A program made the position numbers and the translations under genes. A DNA stretch of 64,000 nt from Diplonema japonicum (Eukaryota; Protista; Euglenozoa: Diplonemea): positions 248,001 to 312,000 of the forward strand of contig OZ025678.1 in assembly GCA_964019335.1 (NCBI GenBank), read 5' to 3'. Shown here in pieces: positions 1-12,900 of the stretch (position 1 is the stretch's first letter; every line of letters begins with the position of its first letter). The notes under the pieces are model-generated. The model had not been told where the DNA came from. It did no database searches and worked only from the letters and a program-made list of their open reading frames with translations.

Positions 1-1
1 C

Positions 2-3000
2 AAGACATCAAAAGAGCCGAACTGCTACATGCAGGAATGCTACCACATGAAGCCGTGCGTACTTAACTTCCAGGCGAGGTGGCAGGGACCGAGCGAGTTC
101 TCCCCTAACGGAACCATCAACCTCCTGTACTCCGAGCAGGACTATGTTGGGTACAACGCGGCGAACGTACCTTCTGAAGTGAACACAATGCTGGGGAGCA
201 CTTTCGGTACTCCCCCGATCTTCAGCCAGGCGCCGTGGGCACTTGGGGGCACCTACACCCACACTTTCACTCCGAACTTGAAATCCGGCTCCTCTGCCAC
301 AGTCTACTTGAACGTTACCTTCGGGGAGAACTCTGTGACGGACTGGACGCGCTTCGTTGTGAAAGTGATCAAGCCTATTCCGAAGTCAGTTGCGATCCGC
401 ATGGTGTACCCGATGGACGTGATGTCGGGATACACCTCAACAAGGTCACCTGCACCGGCATTCATTGCACGTGCTCCTGCTGACACCGCAACTGGGGTGA
501 GCTTGCAAGCAAAGGTAGGGTCGTACTTGGAGGCACTCATTCCCTACAAGCTTACCTACGAGCCGATGGACGCAAACGGGATGAAGGTCCCGATGGTGAG
601 CGGGGCATTGACTGGCTGGACTGTGACCGCGAAAATCGACGAGTCGTCGAACAGCAAAGTTCTTGGGGCGGCGGCGTCTGGAACTGCTCTCATCACTGAG
701 CCAAAGGCCCTCCTTGCGCAGGCACTCTCTGTGGCTGGTAGCGGGACCTTCGATTTCACGTTCAGAGTGTACGTCGTGGACGGGATGTGCTCTCGTTTCA
801 TTACTACAAAGGAAGGGTGCACCATCACTTTCTCCTTCGCACATGCCACGGAATCCACGATCACAACAAGCCTGCGCACTCCCGTGCGAGTCCTGGCAAG
901 CACTGTCGAAGTCTCCATTGTAGGGACTGGGTCTGCAACTGGCGAGGCGACGGTGAGGAACGGTCTCGTTGTGGAGGCACGTCCGGGCACGTGGATTGTG
1001 TCCCCCCAGAATGTCGACACGTTCGTCTACGACGAGTTCCACCACGGCGACATCTTCGCACTGCTGAACTCCCCGTCCCCTACTAATGGGGCAACGAACA
1101 GGGACCACTTGAAGATCGAAGATGACAAATCTTATGGGGCGATGATGGTAAAAGGCTCTTGCGCATACGCAGATGGTGATGACTGCAAGGTCGCAAAATA
1201 CAGGACACAGGCCCTGTCCACGACTGGGTGGGGGGCAACGTGGGTGATGCGCCCTGACAAGCCATGCAAGAGCTGCGAATTCACTTTCCACTCCACGCTG
1301 GGTGCGGGACCTGAGTCGTACGACAAGACGAGAACAGCAAGCGGGAGGGGTTGGAAGACCTTGACTTGGACGGCAGAGACGATCGATCTGGTGTGCGCGG
1401 TGAAGGGAAGCACCGTTGCGGCTGGGTCAGCGACCGTGATCTACTTCACCTCAGGCAACACAGCATCTGCCAGCTTCGCTGTCACTGTGACAGCTGCAGC
1501 AACTGGGACGACCACCAGCGCTTACTACCCGAGGTGGTGGGTCTTCACTGACACAGCTTCTGATGTCACTGCCTCGTCGGGTTCGTACACTTTGAACCAG
1601 GCTGGCGCGACAGGAACCGTGTTGTCCGCAAAGATGGATCACGGTGTGGCGGAATTCGAAGACCTCAGCTTTGCTGGTTCTGCTGCTCCTACCGAAGGGA
1701 CCCCCGTCACAATGACCACCACTTTCCACACCGTCGGACTGCAGTACGCAGGCACAGAACCCGGCTCCATCCCGACTGGGACATCTGCTTACAGCTGTCA
1801 GGTTCTCGTGGACCTTACCTACCTGGCGCCAATTGCCGCGGTGTCGTACTTGGAGTTAACGCAGGTGGACGGGGCGACGGGTTTGTGTGGAACTGGTGTA
1901 TCAGCATCGAAATGCACTGACTGGAGCACGACGGTGGACAGCTTCACCACAGGGCTAACTTTCCACGTTGCAGTTAAGAAGATGTCGAACGGCGCAGTGT
2001 CCGCAGACACAACTATTCAGAACGCCACGATCGTGCCGCTGGGTGGGTACAGCACGAGCCCGAAGGGTGTCGCCCCTTCGTGGACGGCTACGGACTCAAC
2101 GACGTGGACGAGCGCAGACATCAAGCTCGACTCCAACTACAACACTGGCGGCACCCTGTTTACAGACGGGACCTACTCCTACACATATGGGACAATGGAC
2201 GTGCTCGCGGTAAGGAGCATCCCATCGGGATCGACAAATTCCTCCCTTGCAGACGGTGTTGGGTCAATCAAGGTTAGCTACGGTCAGACCGGTGCTACCT
2301 CGGTAGACAAGTCCCCTGTGAGAGCGGCAATCTTCCAGATCTGTAACGCTGCGTGGGACGGGTCAGCAGAAGTGACAGGGTCGTTGTGCACACAGATCAG
2401 GCTGTGGGTGCTCCCTTCGGCCACGGTGACGAACCAGCTGGTGATCACGTCGGAGTCGTCGAGCGGGGCAAAGGTGCGCGGGACTGGGTCTAGCTGTGGT
2501 AACTCCCCGGACCTGGTGACGGCAAAGGCATTTGCCTTCTACTCTGCAGCTGGTGTTACGTCGACGTCAACCCTGCGCTACTTCGTGTACGACTCTGACA
2601 TCGAGTACAGCCTCGCGGTGAAGACAGGATCGCAGGCACTGGTGATGAGTGGGTCCACTTCAGAGAATACGACTCTGTACGTCAAGAACACTGTGTACTC
2701 TATGTCTGACAAGCTCAGGCATGCTCTGACTCAGACAACAGGACTGGAAGTGTCCTTCTCGTTCTATGGGAGAGACGTGCTGTCTACGGCCACTGCACTC
2801 AGCATCTCGGCCAAGGTAGGATCAACGTCCCTGAGCTCCGTGTCTACTACTGCAACTTACACGTGGAAGGAACCCACGGAAACATTCGCGGTGTGGGACT
2901 TGAATACTGCGGTCACAATGGACACTGAATGCCCATCGAAGAGGCGCCTGCAGTCGACAATGTACAACTACAGGACGTACCACTCGAACCCACCTGGCAT

Positions 3001-6000
3001 GGGATGGGGATACGAAATGTCGGCAGCGGTAGGCCAGCCTTTCCCGATCGAGACGGTAGTGAAGACAACAGCTGGTTCGCGAGCATGGTCATTCACCACG
3101 GGCACGATGGTGAAGGTGAGCAAGCGCGGCTGGTCTGGGTGCAACGACGGTGGCGACCTTTCAGTGTATGAACTTAAGGCGTCGGCAGCGTCGGACGTTG
3201 TGGCGACAAGGGACGGCACGCTGAGTACAAGCTGGGTGTCAACGACTACACCGTTGGTGGCGACTGACAGAGGTGTCGCGACAGCTTGGCCTGTTTTTAG
3301 CGCGGAGTGCCAAGCCTGCACTTTGCAGCTCGATCTGTGCTACACTGGGAAGACCACAGCGGCCACGTGCAGTGAAGGCCTCGGTGTGGGCTCCAGCGAT
3401 CCCTCAGACAGCATGCCTATCTTCTCCGACAGGACGAAGGTCACGAAGCCTTTCAGTGTGAAGAAGCCGGTCGTGGACTTGGTTGAGATCTACTCACAGA
3501 CGACCCCCACGGCGGAGGAGAAGAAATCCGGAAGGGAGACTATCTACGTCGGTGAAATGTTCAAGGCTGACGTGCAGAACGTACAAGTGTTTGGTGAACC
3601 GAACAGGAAGTGGTCGCTGAACGAGCAGACCGGGACGTCGGCGTGGACGAGGACCATGAGTGTAAGGAGCGTCTGGAAGCCCGCTGCCGGCCATGCGACG
3701 TCAAGTGTTGAGATGCGCTACGGAAACGGCGGATTCATGCTAGACGGCGCGGCTAGGGCGTCAGCAGCCACAGGATGCTCCGCTGCCATCACCACGGTAG
3801 AATTCGAGTCCGCATCGGTGATGCCAGCAACACTGACAGGAGCAACGAGCGGATCGCTTTCGTTCTTCTTCGCGCGCCCATGCCAGAGCTGTGAAGTGTG
3901 GCTAGACTACAAGCTTTCGCCCCCCACTGGCACAATGGGTATGGGTCTTGCAGGCAGGGGGCACATGGGGAGCTTCCCCTTGAGGATGTACACAACGTCA
4001 GGATCGATCCCCATGGTGGGGCAACCCCTTGTGTACATGGTGAAGACATGCGGTACTAGCTGGCTTCTCGGTTCCGTCCCGCCTGTCGCAGTGAGGAGGA
4101 GGACAGCCTTCTCCGTGACAGCCCTCAGAGTGGATACTCACAACTTCCCCTCGTGGGACAGCAAATCGACGGCAGCTCTGTCTCTTAGCACCAACAGTGG
4201 TAACGGCGGCGGTGGGAAGGCCGTGCTCACTTCGCCCACATCCGAATCGTCTGACTCAGCAGTAATGGCACAGGAAGGGAGCGCAACTGCAAGGCTGTTC
4301 CTGACGAGGGCGTGCTACCACTGCGTCCTCACCTTCGCCGGTGTGCGCCACCACTTCACAGTGTTGACAGACCCTAAACAAATCATCGCAATCCCGACTT
4401 TCTCTTCGAAGGAAAGGACGCAGTGGCTGAAGAACGTCGGCGATGTCGGTCAGTGGACCTACGAGATCTACGCCGCGGATGAGCTCGGTGACAGGTCGTA
4501 CGTGGTCGGTGGGCCTACCCCCTTCGCTTTCCAACCGATGTACTCCACCTACAATACTGGAGGCGGTTCCAGAGTGGGCAAGGCACTGTCGCTCTCGGCC
4601 CCAGCCGCTGCCGCCTCACCTTCCGTCACTCTCACAGACGCAACACTCTCTTTGTCTACTCTTACAGCAGGGACACCAAGCACATACAAGATAACTAACG
4701 GATCAGTTGTGCACAATGGTATTCCCATCCCGTCTGTTGGGAACGAACTTGGGATGGTAGGGACGGCCACAGTGGAGCTGAGCGGGGACACCCCTACTGT
4801 TGACTTCCCGCTGCAGTTCACGATGGACGGAGCAAGCGGGGCAGCTGCTACTTTCTGGGGGGAGAAGATGACACCGAAGGTAGACTGGTCGCCCATCGCG
4901 GACAGAATGGCTGTGGATGATCCAGCAAGCAACAGCGCGGCGAGCCCGCAGTGCATGGCGACTGGTATGACCGGCATTGGATCGTGCTACTTCAGCGCAT
5001 ATGCGATTGCGCGCTCCCCGGCCGCGACCTCCGCCACCACCACATGGTACAAGTCCGTGTCAAACGTGGCTGAGAACGTCACAGCGACGGTCACCTGCGC
5101 GGCATGTGCGACCGCTGAGATCCAACCTCCAGCGATGCAATTCTGGAGGGGCGAGGTGAAGTTTATGTTGAACATTCTCACGCTAACGGGAACTGCAGCG
5201 TGCTCCTGCGACGTCACTGTGACACCACCGGCAACCCTCGTGAACGCGACCGCACAGACCTTTACGATATCCGCGACCCCAGCAACAGTGCTGACGTCTG
5301 AAGTGTGGAACTGGGCTCCCTCGACGACAGTGGCTGCTGCAAACGGTGCAGCAAACAGCATCTTGAACCGCTCTGTGTCGTTGTCCTTGATGGCGTGGGA
5401 CAGCACGGAGGCGCAGACTGGGCTTGGTGGACTCACTTGGGCCGCCAACGAGGTTACTTTCGACAGTGCAGGTGTGACTCCCACTGGCTGTTTTGTGTGC
5501 ACGAGCATCCCAATGGCCGGAGTGTGCGGGATCACCGTTGACAGCGCTGGTGGCGACACTGTGAACATTGCGGGTATCTTCACCACAACCGGAACCTGCA
5601 CCATCGCAAGCACCGCCTTTGGAGGCTTCCCTGTTGCGTCGGGGGCTGCAACGGTGAACCCCAAGCAGGCCCTTGCAGTGGACGTCATGACACCGTACGG
5701 GATTCTCCCCGCGGGCCCTGCGGCTGCGATGGGAGAAAAGGAGACTAACTTCACGTGGTTGGGTGGGATGATTGACGACGATGCAGCTGCCATTGTCGGT
5801 GAAGGGACTATCCTGAAGCTGAAGGTGCTGAACCAGAGTGGGGACCACGTGATGGGTGACTACCACACTGAATTCACGCTGACCGGGATGAGGGACGGAA
5901 ACCTCTCGAAGCTCGAAGTGCCCTACTGGCCAACGATGAAGGCGACGGCGAAGGGTGGGTACGTGCAATTCCTTTTGGACACGAACATCACAACCTTCAT

Positions 6001-8340
6001 CGACGACTGTGAGGAGGACGACATCGAGGACTGCCATGCCCCATGGATCTTCAACATCTCTGCGTCCGCGCAGGTGTACGACACGACAGGCCTCATCGGG
6101 ACGCAAGTGTTCTCCGACGTCATCAACGTCGGCCCCTTGTACTTCGTGAGGCAAGTCCGTCACATCGTCGTTGTCGCGGACATTGGAACGGAATGGCCCC
6201 CCAGGTGCGGGGAGATCGATGATAACGACATGCCCGCCAATGAGACGATGCCCCCCATGACAGACTCGCCGGGCAACAAGACGAAGATGGAGTACATGTA
6301 CTGCACCCCCATGGACATGCACCCTGGGACTGGGAGCAGGAAATTGGACAAGATGATCATGGACGGGTATGAGATTCTGAACGTCATGGGAACCGGCATG
6401 GGCCCGTCACCCGGTATGTCCATGGGTATGGGTGGGCCTTCTGGCGACTTCGGCTCTGGCAGAGGCGAGAAACCTGTGGACGGGCTCGGGATGGACTTGT
6501 ACGAAGACGAATGGCTTGCATGGGTAGACATGAACCTGGTGCCGAGGAGGGCAAGCTGGGAACAAGGGTTTAAGTTCAAGATGAAGGTGCTTGCGTTCGA
6601 TACAATGGGTGAGATCGTGGAGAACCCCGGGGACATCGGAAGCAAGGCGAAGATGATGATCAGGCCCCTTGCCGTTCCTTGCTTGAACGTTGACGCGAGC
6701 AACAACGGAGCATGGGTCATGGACACGTGCATTGACGGTGGTGGTGTCTGCAACACGGACCGCTCCATCAGCGCTCTTCCGCAGTGCAGCCAAAAGCTCT
6801 CCGGCTGGTCGTTTGACAGCGAGGAAGTGGAACTAGAGGAAGGGAAGGCGGAGATCGAGGACATTACCTTCAACGGCGGCGGCTGGAAGAGCACGGTAGA
6901 AAGGTTCATGCTCACGACGAACAGCTTCAGCGAAATGAAGGGCGGCGGGAGTTCCGTGGCGACGCTGGACGGGATGACCTTCCTGTTCGAAATGGTGATG
7001 CAGAGGCCGAAGGCTATTTTCCCACTCATGATCGGAAACAAGTGCGACTTGTCGACTAAGAAGTATGTATTTTCAAAACAAAGCAAAACACGAAACCAAC
7101 AGGTGCGATGTGAACGCGACTGTGGAGCCCCAGATGCCGTTCGAATTCCCAGCCGGGATAATCGACAGCTTCGGGCAGCTCATCACCGCCGACTCCACCT
7201 CCAACATCACAGTGACAGGAAAATGCATGGAAGCCGGCGTCACCAACGCTTTCCTCGGAAAGGTCGACCCTGTGACGGGTATTGTGGACCCCACACAGCC
7301 CCTTGTCTTCAAGTTCGAACACGGGATGGCCCACGTCCGCGATATCGGTGTTACCGCGACTTGCAACAAGATGGAGCTTACCATGACGTGTACTAGCGGG
7401 TCCGACGACAAGCTGAAGTTGTGCAACGGGAAATACGGGAAGGGGTACTTCCCTGTGGCGAACCCTCCAGGGAAGACATCCGCGCCCGAGGTACCGCCCA
7501 CGCCTGTCACCACCGAGCTTGACATGGGTATGGAAAAAAAAAAAGGAAATTAAAAAATTCACTCACAGGTTCGATGGACTCTGCGACGTTCAGCAGTTTG
7601 GACACAACGTACGCATCTGACTTCGAGAACAAGATGTTGTCCATGTTGAAGTCTTCGCCGGGGTTGGAGGTATGATTCCGATAGAAAAAAAAAAGGGGGG
7701 GAAAAAAAAAATATTCCTTTCTTTACAGACTGTTGCGACGGTGTTGTTGGAGTTCGTGTGCAATCTCGCAGCGGGGAATTCTATCACAGCGGAGGACAAG
7801 AAGAACCCTGACGTGTGCCATGACTTCCAGGCAACGGCGATGCCCACGACCGCAGCGCCTGTTGTGAACATGAGCAACATCACTACGGGATGGAGGGAGG
7901 CTGAGGAGCTGCAGACAGCCGTCGTGACGAAGGCGCAGTTCCAGGTCGTGACTGCCATTGCGTTGGACCTCACGAAGGTGTCGTCGAAGGTTGCCGCAGC
8001 AATTAAGGAGGATCTGAACAGTACTAATTCTGCGTTGAAGAGTGGTTCATCGACTTTCCAGCAGGCTTCAGGTAACGGGATTTCAGTTGGTGTTCCTGGT
8101 ACACCTACTCCCACCACGGCTATTCCCACTACCAACCAGCCCCCACCTGTCACTCCTGCTCCTGATACCACTGCTCCCACGACTGCCGTGCCAACCGCGC
8201 CACCTACAATGGCACCTGACACTCCCGTGCCCACTCTGCCTAATGTTACTGCGCCTGTTGATGCTGCTCCTGCCCTTCTTGCCCCGAACTCTCTTATTGT
8301 TATCTTGGCGGCTGCCTTGGCAGCGTTCATGCTTTTGTGA
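2..8340 (+). CDS. Giant Ser/Thr/Ala/Gly-rich cell-surface glycoprotein with Pro/Thr stalk and hydrophobic C-terminus (GPI-signal-like); 5' end lies upstream of the window
   Basis: Frame is open from position 2. GT-AG introns 7063-7102, 7528-7568 and 7670-7728 join the ORF pieces in frame. Ends ...PTTAPTTAVPTAPPT...NSLIVILAAALAAFMLL*; many NxS/T sites. Confidence 0.8.
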
Positions 8341-9926
8341 TGATCTTTTTTTTTTTTTTTTTTTTTGAACCATAGCATTTTTATTTTTTTTATTTTATTT
8401 ATTATTATTCTGATGGTATCTATTTTTTACCAACCACCCCCCTTATTTGGCGGGTTGGGGAAAAAAAAAAAAAAAAAAAAAAAAACAAAAAACAAAAAAC
8501 AGAAAAGGAAAAAAAAAAAAAAGAATGAGGGAAAAATAAAAAAAAAATCCTCAATTTTTTTTCTTGGGGTACTCCGAAAAAGAAAAAGAAATGAAATGAT
8601 TATAATGAAACAAAGGGCAGACAGTTGTTATGCTTTTTTTTTTTTTTTTTTTTTTTTTTTTGTTTTGTTTTGTTTTGTTTTGCGTTAGCAAAACTTTTGC
8701 CTGACTCCTGCTGTCGAATCTTGTTGACTCCTCCCTTTCCACCCTCTGAAGGATTTCCGATTTTCTAACAACAGAAAATAAAAAAAAAAAAAACATTTAA
8801 GTAAGCAAGGGTTGTTGAAATTACCATTTCAAGAGGAACCCCTTGTTCTTTTTTTTTCAAGGGAAAAAAGAAAATTTTTTTAAAAAAAGGGAAATAATAG
8901 AAGTTAAGGCATGCAAATTCCAAGGCTTCTTTGTTTCCTGTTTTCCCCCGTCCCTCTGTTTAAAAAAAAAAAATAATAATAATAGGGAAGGTAATAAAAG
9001 AAAGAAGTAAGTCAAGGGAAGAGGAGGAAATAATAATAAAAGAAAAGGGGGAGGGGAACAAAGTAGATTTTTTAAATTGTTTTACATAGTAACGCCTGCG
9101 GCCTTATATATGTAAGCAGCACAACGTGACACACCTAGGGGCCAGTGTTCCTTTTTTAAGTGTGAAAAAGAAAAATCCTTGTTCCCCTCCCTGTCTCTTT
9201 GTTTCCTTCCTCCTCCCAGTATTTCTTTTTTTTTCCCTTCTTGTATTTTCCTCGCTTCCCTTTCCCTCTCCCTTATTTTCTACGCCCCCTTATTTCTTTT
9301 TATTTTATTTTTTTTTACACTTTTTCTTGTCTATTTCTTTTTCCTGTAAAAAGTTTCTTTGTTCACCTGGTTGTGGCTTTCTTTTTTTTTAGAAAAAAAA
9401 ATTAAAAAAAGAAAAGAAAAACACATTATGGGTGGGTGTTTAGAAAGCTTTTTATTTTTTTTACCCCCTTCTTTTTTTTTTACTACCTCTCGTATCTTCC
9501 TCTCGCTATCTGTGGGTACAAAAAAAAACTTTTTTTTGTACTCATATCTCTCTTCTTTCGTTTCCCTTTTTATTTCCTTTCTCTCCCCCCCCCCCTTTTT
9601 TTTCATTTTCTTTTTCAAAGAGCTCAAAGGTTATCACACTGCCCAGCGCCGCATCTGGTTGTGGGGTAGGACTACTCATTCATTCTCATGTTATTCTATT
9701 CCCTAAAAAAAACCTCCCTATCCCCCCTCCTACACTTTATTACTTTCCCCCATATTTCCCTCCCCCCCCTCCCTTTTTTCCCCCCTCTTCTCTCTTCTTA
9801 ATTAAAACTATTTTCTTACCCCCTGCACCTTTTTTTTTCACCTATCATCATATAAACCAGGGCGGTCCTTGGCTCCACCCTGCGGGGAGGAGGGACCGCG
9901 AAAAAAAAAAAAAAAAAAAGAGAGAG

Positions 9927-12900
9927 ATGACAGCGGTGCAGGAGAAATTAGTGAAAGATATTTTAGATTCAAAGGTATGCCCATAGAATTCTTTTTTTTT
10001 TTTTTAAAAAATAAAAAGGGTGATTTAGCACAACTGTTGGGGATCAGTGCAGACTCGACATTCGCAGACATCAAAAAAAGGTAAAAAGAACTGTCTTTAA
10101 TAATAATACTAAAAAAGGTATCGAAAGCTTGCTGTGCAAGTGCACCCCGACAAAAACCCAGCCAAGGATGCCTCGAAAGCGTTCCAGTTGCTGCAGCAAA
10201 CTTACGACCAGGCTGAAACATATTTGAAACTGCGAGATCAGCAGCAGAAGGTGAACGCTACGGCTTCGGTGCACACACAAGGGAAAGAGACACCTGCCAA
10301 AGAGCAGCAACAACAACAACAACAACACCAGCAGCCGAGGGCAAACAACGAAACTACATCAACAGCAGCATTCTTCTTCTCATGCCCCAATTGCAAGCAG
10401 CGACTCCGCACCTTTACCGAGTACGTCAATATGACGTTCAACTGTCTTGGGTGCGGGCACTCCTTCAAAATGCAAAAGAACACCGATGACGGTGCCTCCA
10501 AGCAGGCAACCCCTACGCCCACGCCTGTCCCCACTCCCAAGCCAAACCTCTCTTGCAGTGAGGATGACTTTACAAGCAGTAGTAGTTCGTTTTCTTCTAG
10601 TGAAGATGAAGTTACCACCCCAGCCCCACCACCACCGGACCCTGCACCCACCGCCACCCACCAACATGAACCTGTTCAGAAAGAACCTAAACAACCTAAA
10701 CGAGCACCCGTTCCCAAGGGTCCGTGGACGTGTACGAAGTGCACCGCCCTGTGCCTTAGCAGGAGGGTGAAGTGCGGCACATGCGGTGCACCTCGGGTAT
10801 GGGCGTCACTAAGAAGCAAATAAAAATAAAAAAAACATATACAGCCCGGGATGAAGAAAAGAACGAGCAAAACAAGGGCAACGCCTGCCGCAACTGCAGC
10901 ACCTGCTAGTACGCCGAGTGAACCGTCTGCACCCCCTGCACGGGAGGGGGTCACCGCTTTTCAGGTTGGGAAAGAGGTCGAGGTGCGGCGCAAAGACGGG
11001 CGGTGGATGAAGTGTATCATCAAAGATGTGGACACTGCCCAGCAGTACTACGTTGTGGAGGGCAAAGAGGAAGGGGGCACAACATGGTCAAAAATGGTTT
11101 CCTTTGCGGGAACACGTGAGGTGGCCGAGGTGTACAAAATGGGACAAAAGATGCAAGCACTCCGGCAGAACGGGAAGTGGGCCCCCTGCGCCATCAAGGA
11201 CGTCGACTACTCTGCCGAGATCTACACCCTCCAAGGTGTCAGCGAGTCTGGGGCAGTGTGGACGAAGGGTATTTCCTTTGCTGCTTCGGTTCTATGTTTG
11301 AGAAAAGCAACACCTGAGGCGCGGCAATCGGCAGAGAAGCCGCTTCCGAGCCAGCCTGCAGGCCAGCCCGCAGCGAAACCTGCGACGACACCCTGGAACT
11401 GCAAGAAATGTTTGCTGCCTAACAAAGCGAAATCTGTGAAATGCAAAATGTGTGGCACCGCGAAGCCCAGCAGCGTCACTCTTAAAAAAACTGCACCTGC
11501 ACCAATTGTGCAGGAAAAGCTGCAGTCGCCCACTGGAAGCAGTGGCCCTCCTACGCCGAGTGAGCCTGTGCGGCCGAATCTGGACGAGGATGTCGATGAC
11601 ATCAAGCCCATACCCCTCCCCAAGGGGTTGAAGAAGTCAAAGCCGCAAGAATCAACGCTGCCTGAACCGGTCGCTGAACCCATCGCCCAGCCCGCAGAGC
11701 ATGTACCTGCAAGCAACAAACCCTTGCCCCCATCGCGCAGCCGCAGCAATTCAAGCGCGGCGTCCTCCTCTTCTTCCTCTTCTTCTTCCTCCGTGTCCCT
11801 ACCTACCGTTCCTGCAGCAAAGGTGAACAGGCGAACAACGCTCCCCAAGATCCCCAGCGACGATGAGCCTGCCCCTAAACGTGGGGAACGCACACGTGTG
11901 GCAGAGGACGATCACCTGAAGGCTAAGCTCAAAGAAGCAGAAGAATCTGCAAGGCAGGCCAGTACCGAGAAGCAAGAGAAAGACTCCGAGTTGCAAAAAT
12001 TGCGGAAGCAGCTAGAAGAGCAGAAGAAGCTTCAAGCCGAGATCCTCACAAAGCGGGAACGGGAGAAAGAAGAAACGGAAAAAAGCGCGCAACAAGCAGA
12101 AAAAGAACTTCGGGAAAAGGTGCGTGCAGAGATCGAAGCAGAACAGGCGAAGAAACAGGAGAGCATGGAGGAGATGCGATTGAAGATCGAGATGGAGTTG
12201 AAGAACAAGTTGAAGGCAGAGATGGCAGAGGAGTACGAGAAGAAGATGGCTAAAGCGAAAGAGCAAGTCGAGGCAGAGAGGGCACGGATCATCGCAGAAC
12301 AAAGGGAAGCGGCAGCGGAAAAAGAACAAGCCGCAGCTCGACAACTAGCTGTGCAGGAAGAAGAGGCTGCAAGGCAGCAGGAACAAGCAGTGAAAAAACT
12401 TGCAGAAATGGAACAAGAAATCGAACAAGTGAAGGCTGATAAGGACAGCGAAATCCAAACTCTAGAGCGGGAAAGAGAGATAGTGAAGCAGGAGGCAATG
12501 AAAAAACTTGAGGACAGAGCGAGAGAAGCGGAGGAAGAGCTGAAGCTCGCAAAGGTGACTTATGAGAACCAGCTGAGAAGTAGGGAAGGAGAGCTGCTGG
12601 AGATAGGACAGAAAGAATTGGAGATGAATAGGAACAAAGCAGAGGAGGAGCTGCGCGAGAAGCAAACCGCAGCAGAGAAGCTTCAGATGAGCATCAGCAC
12701 TTTGCAGCAAGAGCTGCAAGATGAGTCCGAAAAAGGCCGAAGCAGCAACGAAGAGAAGCTGCTAGAGGTATGCACCCCACACAGCACGACACTTTGCACA
12801 GCTAAAGGAAATGCAGAACCGTTTAGAGAACGTGACAACAGACAAAGCAGAAAAAGTATGCCCCCCCCGCACCACAACACGCCTTGCAGGAACAGAAGGT

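Noticed and set aside
446-7086. Long minus-strand ORFs opposite the giant protein, the ABCA fusion, the cathepsins and the retroelement
   Set aside because: Antisense shadows of GC-rich coding sequence; no motifs.
8341-9900. ORFs rich in poly-Phe/poly-Lys here and in other intergenic regions (e.g. 20095-20382, 15202-15564, 42432-43360)
   Set aside because: Translations of A/T homopolymer tracts with no protein-like composition.
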